DNA of 64,000 nucleotides from Pseudomonadota bacterium (GTDB lineage Bacteria; Pseudomonadota; Gammaproteobacteria; UBA1113): NCBI GenBank assembly GCA_021781965.1, contig JAJXVU010000001.1, positions 15,000 to 78,999 of the forward strand, read 5' to 3'. Shown piece by piece: positions 56,567 to 64,000 of this stretch (position 1 is its first letter; each line of letters starts with the position of its first letter). The notes under the pieces were generated by a model. It saw only the letters and a program-made list of their open reading frames with translations, ran no database searches and was not told where the DNA came from. The position numbers and the translations under genes were made by a program.

Positions 56567-58939
56567 ATGGTTAGAAAAGCCCCTACACAGCGGGGACTAG
56601 ACAGTCACCAGGAACAAGATTCCGGTCTACTCATACGCGATACGCGTACCTTAGGGCAACGCATTCAAGATTTTCTTTCACAACCAGAAAGCGTTGCTGC
56701 TAGCCTGATATTTTGTGTCATTATTGGTTTTATTTTTCCAGCGTATGTAGATGTTTTATTTATTGCCGGCCTTTGCATTTACTGGTACCAACGCACGCGC
56801 AAAGTTACTTTGCCATTCCGCTTGCCACAAGTTTCTAAGCAAATCGATTATGGTGATTTAAAGCCAGGGTCTAAAGAATATAATCGTGCTCGAGGCATTG
56901 CTTTTTTAGGTAATGATCGCAAAACCAATGAGGAACTGTGGTTTTCTAACGATGATTTGCGTACACACGTACTTATTTTCGGCTCAACCGGTAGTGGTAA
57001 AACAGAAGCTCTGGTTTCAATTGCTTATAATGCGTTAGTGTATGGTAGCGGTTTTATTTACGTCGATGGTAAGGGTGATAACTCTTTATTTGCTAAGATA
57101 TTTTCTATGGCGCGTTCTATGGGGCGTGAAGACGATCTGCTGATCATTAACTTCATGACTGGCGCACGCGATATTGTAGGTCGTCAAGAGAAAAAGATTT
57201 CCAATACCTTGAACCCTTTTTCAAACGGTTCGTCTAGCATGTTATCGCAATTGGTGGTGAGTATGATGGATTCCGCATCGGCTTCGCCCGATGGGGATAT
57301 GTGGAAAGGGCGCGCTATTTCGTTCGTCGAAGCCTTGATGAAAATCTTGGTGTATATGCGTGATCAAGGACACATACTGTTGGATGCGCATACCACACGG
57401 CTATACTTTTCTTTGGAAAAATTAGAAAGTATCGTTGTAGACAAACTATTTCCGCGTGAACATCAGGAACCCGTGCCTTTGCATAATGTGCCTGAGGTGG
57501 TGATGCAGCCTATTTCGCATTACTTAGACAACTTGCCCGGTTACGATAAAAGCAAAAAAGGTAAGCAAGTGTCACAAGTATTAGAACAGCATGGGTTTAT
57601 TACCATGCAGTTAACGCGGGTGTTTACTTCCTTAGCGGATACCTATGGCCATATTCTGCGCGTTAAATTGGCTGAAGTGGATCTCAAAGACGTGGTGTTA
57701 AATAGACGTATTTTAGTGGTGTTATTACCTGCGTTGGAAAAAGCTCCTGATGAATTGGCTAATTTAGGAAAGGTCATTATTTCCACCTTAAAGGCAATGA
57801 TGTCGGCTGGTCTGGGCAGTGAAGTAGAAGGCAGCTATAGGGAATTGATTACCAGAAAACCCACCAATGCTACTACTCCTTTCATGTGTATTTTGGATGA
57901 ATATGGGTATTACGCCATTGAAGGCTTTGCTGTGGTACCCGCACAGGCGCGTTCATTAGGCTTTTCCGCTATTTTTGCTGGGCAAGATTTGCCAGCATTC
58001 CAAAAAGCGTCTAAAGAAGAAGCGGCTTCTATTGGCGCTAATACCAACATTAAAATTTGTATGAAATTAGAAGACCCTACTGAAACCTGGGAATTTTTCT
58101 CAAAAACAGCGGGCGAATCTTATGTGACTAAAGTGGATACTTTCCAAACCAATTCCAGTAGCATGATGAATAATTACATGGATACGCGTAGTTCTTCGGC
58201 AGAAAAAAGACAACGTATTGATCTCTTGGATTTAAAAGAGCAGCGCGAAGGCGAAGCGCATATTTTCTTTAAATCGCGTATTGTGCGCGCACAAATGTTT
58301 TATGCAGGTCCGCCACCTATCGAAGAAATGCGTTTAAATCATTTCTTACGCGTAGAAGCACCACCCACAAAAGTGCTAGTAGAACTTGAGCAACGAGAAA
58401 AGCATTTTAATGAAGCGGTGTTGCAAGTGGATACTATTTTTGCTACGACGAATGTTCCGATAGATGAAGATCTACAATTGATCACTAAAGTGATGAGTGA
58501 TGCAGAGAGCTATACTGCTATAGAAGCCGCTGTGATGGCTTTACAATCATTCCAACAAAAGAATGCTCCACCTGTGGTAGAAGAAGATTTGGACGATATG
58601 CCATTTAATCAAATGAATCTTTTTACACCATTTCGTTTAACCGATCCTTTAGTGCCTATGCTCATGGGTGAACAATTTGAAGCTTTTTCAAAACCCATCG
58701 TGTCTAGAAATGAAGTCAAAGCTTGCATAGAACGTCTAGAGCGTCTATTGGGTAAAACAGGTCGGCATGCGGCTAATATCTCCAATGAATTATTAGATGA
58801 TATGATTTCAGCGACATTTTACCCACCCGATAATGTGCCTTATCAAGAAGGTAGCGAAATGGCTACTTTTGTGCGTGAATTGTCTGAAAAAATACAGGCT
58901 AAAGTAAAAGCCGAGGCGGGGGTCACTGAGGGTGAATGA
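56567..58939 (+). CDS. icmO: Type IVB coupling protein IcmO/DotL
   Basis: RDTRTLGQR, GSTGSGKTE, VDGKGD, DMWKGRAISF, LDEYGYY. Confidence 0.96.
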   Translation: MVRKAPTQRGLDSHQEQDSGLLIRDTRTLGQRIQDFLSQPESVAASLIFCVIIGFIFPAYVDVLFIAGLCIYWYQRTRKVTLPFRLPQVSKQIDYGDLKPGSKEYNRARGIAFLGNDRKTNEELWFSNDDLRTHVLIFGSTGSGKTEALVSIAYNALVYGSGFIYVDGKGDNSLFAKIFSMARSMGREDDLLIINFMTGARDIVGRQEKKISNTLNPFSNGSSSMLSQLVVSMMDSASASPDGDMWKGRAISFVEALMKILVYMRDQGHILLDAHTTRLYFSLEKLESIVVDKLFPREHQEPVPLHNVPEVVMQPISHYLDNLPGYDKSKKGKQVSQVLEQHGFITMQLTRVFTSLADTYGHILRVKLAEVDLKDVVLNRRILVVLLPALEKAPDELANLGKVIISTLKAMMSAGLGSEVEGSYRELITRKPTNATTPFMCILDEYGYYAIEGFAVVPAQARSLGFSAIFAGQDLPAFQKASKEEAASIGANTNIKICMKLEDPTETWEFFSKTAGESYVTKVDTFQTNSSSMMNNYMDTRSSSAEKRQRIDLLDLKEQREGEAHIFFKSRIVRAQMFYAGPPPIEEMRLNHFLRVEAPPTKVLVELEQREKHFNEAVLQVDTIFATTNVPIDEDLQLITKVMSDAESYTAIEAAVMALQSFQQKNAPPVVEEDLDDMPFNQMNLFTPFRLTDPLVPMLMGEQFEAFSKPIVSRNEVKACIERLERLLGKTGRHAANISNELLDDMISATFYPPDNVPYQEGSEMATFVRELSEKIQAKVKAEAGVTEGE

Positions 58940-59903
58940 TTCCTGGCGCAGTGATGCTGCGGTCAAATTATTAAAACAACGGGCTCAGGCTTTAAAGCGT
59001 ATACGTGATTTTTTTGAACATAGGGGCGTATTGGAAGTTGAAACGCCGTTATTGTGCCATTATGGCTCTAGTGATCCTTTTATAAAATCATGGCGAGCTT
59101 ATGTGGATGGATCTCCGGCAAACAAAGATTGTTATTTACAAACCTCGCCTGAATATGCCATGAAGCGGTTATTGGCAAGTGGTAGCGGATCTATTTATCA
59201 AATGGGCAAGGCTTTTCGCGGTGATGAACAAGGGCGTTATCATAATCCTGAATTTACCTTATTAGAATGGTATAGGGTAGATTGGACTTATCAGCAATTA
59301 ATGGCTGAAGTGGCCGAATTGATACAACAATTTTTGCCAGCTGCCTCTATCACACAGTATAGTTATAGGCAGTTGTTCTTAGACTATCTGTCACTCGATC
59401 CCTGGCAAGTGACTGCACATGAATTGCAACAGAGTGCTATAGCACATGGGGTGAGCGTCCCCGATACGGTGGATGTCAATGATAAGGACATGTGGTTGAT
59501 GTGGCTAATGGCTACTGTTATAGAACCACAATGGCGCGGGAAAGGGTTAGTTTTTGTTTATGATTATCCCTCGAGCCAGGCTATATTGGCGGCCTTGGCT
59601 GAAACAGAATATGGTACAGTGGCTAAGCGTTTTGAAGTGTATATTGATGGCATAGAATTGGCCAATGGTTTTCAAGAATTGCAAGATGCCGAAATGCAGC
59701 GGGCACGGTTTGTAGCCGATAATGAAAAAAGGCGGTGTTTGGGTTTGCCTGAAGTGATTATAGATGAATATTTGTTAGCCGCTCTAGCGGCTGGGTTGCC
59801 TGCCTGCGCAGGCGTTGCATTGGGAATAGATAGATTGTTATTATCTGCATTTGGTCAAGAGACGTTATCACAAATTATAGCGTTTTCATTTGCAAAAATA
59901 TAA
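58932..59903 (+). CDS. epmA: EF-P beta-lysine ligase EpmA (GenX/PoxA)
   Basis: EVETPLL, YLQTSPEYAMKRLL, HNPEFTLLEWYR, GVALGIDRL. Confidence 0.94.
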   Translation: MNDSWRSDAAVKLLKQRAQALKRIRDFFEHRGVLEVETPLLCHYGSSDPFIKSWRAYVDGSPANKDCYLQTSPEYAMKRLLASGSGSIYQMGKAFRGDEQGRYHNPEFTLLEWYRVDWTYQQLMAEVAELIQQFLPAASITQYSYRQLFLDYLSLDPWQVTAHELQQSAIAHGVSVPDTVDVNDKDMWLMWLMATVIEPQWRGKGLVFVYDYPSSQAILAALAETEYGTVAKRFEVYIDGIELANGFQELQDAEMQRARFVADNEKRRCLGLPEVIIDEYLLAALAAGLPACAGVALGIDRLLLSAFGQETLSQIIAFSFAKI

Positions 59904-59914
59904 GGAGATTAAGA

Positions 59915-60253
59915 ATGGCTAAGAACTACAAAGAAATCACCAGTGAGTTGTTGCCTTTTGTCACGCAGCTACATAAAGACTTACCCGGCGTTATGCAGGC
60001 TTTTTCTGGTATGGGGAAAGCGGCTACTGAAGATAAGGCTTTAGATAAGAAAACTAAAGAATTAATTGCTATTGCTTTGGCCGTAGCCAATCATTGTGAA
60101 GGCTGTATTGGTTTTCATGTACAAACCTTAGTAAAGTTGGGCGTGAGCCGCGAAGCCTTGGTTGAAGCTTTGGGTATGGCCATTTACATGGGTGGTGGGC
60201 CTTCTGTCATGTATGCTGCCGAAGCTTTGCGCGCATTTGCGGATCTTTCATAA
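59915..60253 (+). CDS. Carboxymuconolactone decarboxylase / AhpD-like protein
   Basis: KTKELIAIALAV..CEGCIGFH, MGGGPS. Confidence 0.9.
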   Translation: MAKNYKEITSELLPFVTQLHKDLPGVMQAFSGMGKAATEDKALDKKTKELIAIALAVANHCEGCIGFHVQTLVKLGVSREALVEALGMAIYMGGGPSVMYAAEALRAFADLS

Positions 60254-60274
60254 TACAAAGGGAATTGGGGTAAA

Positions 60275-61252
60275 ATGCTGATAAGGATATCCCTGCGTCG
60301 CCTTAAAAGCATTACTGCGTTTGGCGCCTTGTTATTGCTATTGTCCTGTAGTGGGGAAAACCCCCATTACTTAGGCTATATAGAAGCATACTTAATTTAT
60401 ATTGCACCGCCCGTGTCGGGGCAGTTGTTCGATTTAGATGTGGCTCGTGGCGACCCTGTAAAAATAGATCAAAAGCTTTATCAACTGGATCCAGAACCCG
60501 AACGTTCTAATTTGAGTCAAGCGCAATATACTCTGGCTGCTGAGCAAGAAACTTTGTCTGACTTAGAAAATGGGCAACGTAATACTATCTTAGACGCAAT
60601 ACGTGCCAATGTATTAGCAGCCCAAGCGCAATTGGCATTGTCCAAAATCACCTTAGATCGATATCAGCGCTTGTATGATAAAAACGTCGTGAGTAAAGCT
60701 GATTTAGATAATGCAGAAGCGGATTATTCTACGAAATTACAAGAAGTCAAACAGTTACAATCCAATCTTGCTGAAGCCGAATTGGGTGCGCGTCAGCATC
60801 TGATTCAAGCACAAACACAAAAAGTTAATGCCGCCGATGCGGCGATGAAAGCCGCTGCCTGGCAGTTATCACAAAAAACGGGTCTGGCCAGCGATGATGG
60901 CATTATTTTTGATACTTTCTTTAGACCTGGCGAATTTATCGGCGCAGGCCAACCCGTATTAGCGATTTTAAGCCCTAAAGAAATACGCGTTTTATTTTAT
61001 GTGCCAGAACCCAATTATAGCCATATCAAATTAGGGCAAACTGTATGGTTTATAGTGGATGGTGCAAAGACGGCCAAAGCCGTTAAGGTGAGCTTTATCT
61101 CTAAAGAAGCAGAATATACGCCACCTGTGATATACAGTGAGGAATCTAAATCAAAACTAGTCTATAGGATAGAAGCACAATTGCCCCCAGATATAGCCTT
61201 AAAATTTCATCCTGGTAGCCCCGTTACGGTGTATTTAAAGGATCCTAAATGA
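60275..61252 (+). CDS. HlyD-family membrane fusion protein (YbhG-like)
   Basis: GYIEA, long coiled coil, AEYTPPVIYS..KLVYRIEA. Confidence 0.88.
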   Translation: MLIRISLRRLKSITAFGALLLLLSCSGENPHYLGYIEAYLIYIAPPVSGQLFDLDVARGDPVKIDQKLYQLDPEPERSNLSQAQYTLAAEQETLSDLENGQRNTILDAIRANVLAAQAQLALSKITLDRYQRLYDKNVVSKADLDNAEADYSTKLQEVKQLQSNLAEAELGARQHLIQAQTQKVNAADAAMKAAAWQLSQKTGLASDDGIIFDTFFRPGEFIGAGQPVLAILSPKEIRVLFYVPEPNYSHIKLGQTVWFIVDGAKTAKAVKVSFISKEAEYTPPVIYSEESKSKLVYRIEAQLPPDIALKFHPGSPVTVYLKDPK

Positions 61253-62184
61253 TTAATCAGCAATTGGTGATTGACGTTCAAGGTCTTACTAAAAAATTTG
61301 GTAATGCTACGGTGGTCAATGGCATTAATTTGCAAGTTAAAAAAGGTGCCGTATTTGGCTTTTTAGGTCCCAATGGCAGCGGGAAAACCACTACTATTCG
61401 TATGTTATGTGGCTTACTCACCCCGGATGGCGGTTCTGGCCAATGTTTGGGATTGAATGTCATTACTCAGTCGCGCGAGATTAAAAAACAATGTGGTTAT
61501 ATGACACAAAAATTTAGTTTATATGGTGATCTGACTATAGAAGAAAATTTAGATTTTGTGGCCATGGTGTATGGCTTGGATCAGCGCAAGGAACGTATAC
61601 AGCAGGCGTTAATGGATTTAGGCTTATATGAACGGCGTAAACAATTGGTAGAAACATTATCGGGTGGTTGGAAGCAACGGGTGGCTTTATCTTGCGCTCT
61701 TTTACACAAGCCTAAATTGTTATTATTGGATGAGCCCACGGCGGGGGTGGATCCCAAAGCCAGACGGGAATTTTGGGATCACGTACATGATCTATCCTTA
61801 CAAGGAATCACCGCTTTAGTGGCCACACATTATATGGACGAAGCTGAACGGTGTACAGATCTAGCGTATATCGCTTATGGTACTATTTTGGCCCGAGGTA
61901 CACCGCAACAGATTGTAAACGAAGCCAAATTATCCACTTGGCAAATTACGGGCAAAAATCTTCAAAGCCATATAACCACGTTACGAGAAATACCTTATTT
62001 GGAACAAGTGGGTAGTTTTGGTGATGCGCTGCATATCAGTGGTTATGATCACGATAAAATGGCCGAGGCGTTACAGCCTTTTGCGAAGCAGCATCAATTA
62101 CAATTAGAAGAAATCCCCTCTAGCTTAGAAGATGTATTTATTGCGTTGATTAAACCCGAATCTAAAGGACGCGCGCATGAATAG
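61249..62184 (+). CDS. ABC-2 type exporter ATP-binding protein
   Basis: GPNGSGKTT, LSGGWKQR, DEPTAGVDP. Confidence 0.92.
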   Translation: MINQQLVIDVQGLTKKFGNATVVNGINLQVKKGAVFGFLGPNGSGKTTTIRMLCGLLTPDGGSGQCLGLNVITQSREIKKQCGYMTQKFSLYGDLTIEENLDFVAMVYGLDQRKERIQQALMDLGLYERRKQLVETLSGGWKQRVALSCALLHKPKLLLLDEPTAGVDPKARREFWDHVHDLSLQGITALVATHYMDEAERCTDLAYIAYGTILARGTPQQIVNEAKLSTWQITGKNLQSHITTLREIPYLEQVGSFGDALHISGYDHDKMAEALQPFAKQHQLQLEEIPSSLEDVFIALIKPESKGRAHE

Positions 62185-63328
62185 TAACATCCAATTTACC
62201 GATTCTTTTTCACAACGCTTATGGGCTATGCTTAAAAAAGAATTTATTCATATGCGCCGCGATAAAGTCACCCTAGGGTTAATTCTGTGGATCCCCATCA
62301 TTCAGTTGATTATATTCGGTTATGCTATTAATACCAATCCTAGACATTTACCCACTGCTTTAGTATTGGGAGATAATAGTCCCTATGTGCGCTCTTTTGT
62401 AGCTGGCCTGCAAAATACAGACTATTTTCGTATTGTGTCTGTGGCGCAAAGCGAGCAAGAATCACAAAAACTATTACGTGAAAATAAGGTTTTATTTGTT
62501 TTTTCAATTCCACCTAACTTTACACGGGACTTTTTGCGTGGTGATAAACCCAATATTTTGGTTGAAGCGGATGCTACAGATGGTGTGGCGATTGGCCCTG
62601 CCATGCAAGCCTTGACGCAACTCTCGCAAACCGTGTTTGATCCTTTGTTGCTGGGTGGAACTCAGAAATTGCGTTATCAAGCGCCGAGTTTTGAAGTGAT
62701 TGCCCATCCATTATATAACCCTGAGAATATTACCAGTTACAGCATTATTCCTGGATTATTAGGGGTTATTTTAACCATGTCGATGATCACGGTGACGGCG
62801 CAAGCGATTACGCGCGAAATTGAAAAAGGGACTATTGAAAACTTACTGGCTACACCAATCAAGCCTAAGGAAGTCATGTTGGGCAAAATGCTGCCTTATA
62901 TTCTATTGGGCTATGCGCAAATGATCACGGTTTTAGTCATGGCAAAGATACTCTTTCATGTGCCTATGTACGGTAGTATTTTCTTGTTATTTCTATGTAT
63001 CTTTCCCTTTATTATTGCCAATTTATCCATGGGGTTGTTTTTCTCGACATTGGCGAATAATCAATTACAAGCCATGCAAATGACTTTTTTCTTTTTCTTG
63101 CCATCTCTTTTATTATCGGGGTTTATGTTTCCTTTTTATGGTATGCCGCAGTGGGCAACGTTTATAGGCGAAGGATTACCCTTGACCCATATGATACGCA
63201 TTATCCGTGGCATTTTGTTGAAAGGCAATGGGTTAGAACAAGTGTGGGTTGATACCTGGCCGATGCTGCTGTTTGCGTGCACCATGCTGGTATTTGCAAT
63301 GAAACGTTATAGACAAACGCTGGATTGA
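62177..63328 (+). CDS. ABC-2 type exporter permease (YbhR/S-like)
   Basis: KEFIHMRRD, REIEKGTIENLL, LSGFMFP. Confidence 0.9.
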   Translation: MNSNIQFTDSFSQRLWAMLKKEFIHMRRDKVTLGLILWIPIIQLIIFGYAINTNPRHLPTALVLGDNSPYVRSFVAGLQNTDYFRIVSVAQSEQESQKLLRENKVLFVFSIPPNFTRDFLRGDKPNILVEADATDGVAIGPAMQALTQLSQTVFDPLLLGGTQKLRYQAPSFEVIAHPLYNPENITSYSIIPGLLGVILTMSMITVTAQAITREIEKGTIENLLATPIKPKEVMLGKMLPYILLGYAQMITVLVMAKILFHVPMYGSIFLLFLCIFPFIIANLSMGLFFSTLANNQLQAMQMTFFFFLPSLLLSGFMFPFYGMPQWATFIGEGLPLTHMIRIIRGILLKGNGLEQVWVDTWPMLLFACTMLVFAMKRYRQTLD

Positions 63329-63638
63329 TGTATTTTTATATTTCTTAGCTCAGTTATATCCAGGGTTCCACATTATAATTTCTAGCTGGCCGGGCCCAGT
63401 CACCACCCGTCCATGGCTATTGTGCTTTGTCTCAAATTTTTCACATCCATTTATATTTATAGGGGTTTCTGCATTGAATATGTATTGAAGAATCCCCAAA
63501 AATAAACTATACTACTTCTCATCCCCGCAACCCGAGGTTATACGCACATGAACAATATCTCTTAAACAGCGTCTGTTATAGGCGCACCGTAAAAGCCACT
63601 ACGGCTTTAGGCCTAATAGTCTATATTTAAGAGGTATT

Positions 63639-64000
63639 ATGATGCATAAACCTATTCAATTAAAAGAACTTAGTTTATCTTTTCCCCACAAAACATGTTT
63701 CGACCATTTTAATGCGCAGATCCATTATGGTAGCCGTATTGCCATTATAGGTCGTAATGGCAGTGGCAAATCGACTTTGCTTAAAATATTAACGGGAGCA
63801 ATTGCAGGGGTTACAGGTCATGTTTTTATACCTAAAGATGTGACTTTTGGTTATGTGCCACAAATTATTACGGATTTTGATGCTTTGAGTGGGGGGCAAC
63901 GCTTGCATAAAGCGTTGACTCAAGCTTTGAGTGGTGATCCGAATGTTCTATTGCTGGATGAACCCACGAACCATTTAGACTGCCATAATCGCCAAAGCTT
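63639..64000 (+). CDS. ABC-F family ATPase, N-terminal part (runs off the window)
   Basis: GAGG SD; GRNGSGKSTLL, LSGGQ, LLLDEPTNHLD. Confidence 0.85.
   Translation, partial: MMHKPIQLKELSLSFPHKTCFDHFNAQIHYGSRIAIIGRNGSGKSTLLKILTGAIAGVTGHVFIPKDVTFGYVPQIITDFDALSGGQRLHKALTQALSGDPNVLLLDEPTNHLDCHNRQS

Overview
A chromosomal window from an AT-rich gammaproteobacterium that looks like a member of the Legionellales (Coxiella/Legionella-like). Housekeeping blocks include rplY-pth-ychF-lolB, obgE-rsmI, cmk-rpsA-lapAB, scoAB, lolE/lolD, rimI-prfC, queC, dacA, ftsQAZ-lpxC and epmA. Two pieces of a Dot/Icm type IVB secretion system sit among them: icmX-orf-icmW / icmV-dotA, and dotC-dotD / icmT-icmS-icmQ-like-icmP-icmO. 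The most striking locus is next to tRNA-Gln: a eukaryote-like Rab11-type GTPase ORF and an overlapping U-box ORF. They appear to be one ~565-aa Rab11/PSAP-repeat/U-box gene split by a single-base frameshift, and the GTPase P-loop is one residue short. Other highlights: an N-terminally extended IcmQ-like protein filling the whole icmR+icmQ slot; no dotB after dotC; a PmrA-box-preceded pair of coiled-coil effector candidates; a trpR-led ABC importer operon with a perfect palindromic operator; and many intergenic REP-like hairpins, one inside a MITE with perfect terminal inverted repeats. All calls come from reading motifs by eye; no database searches were run.
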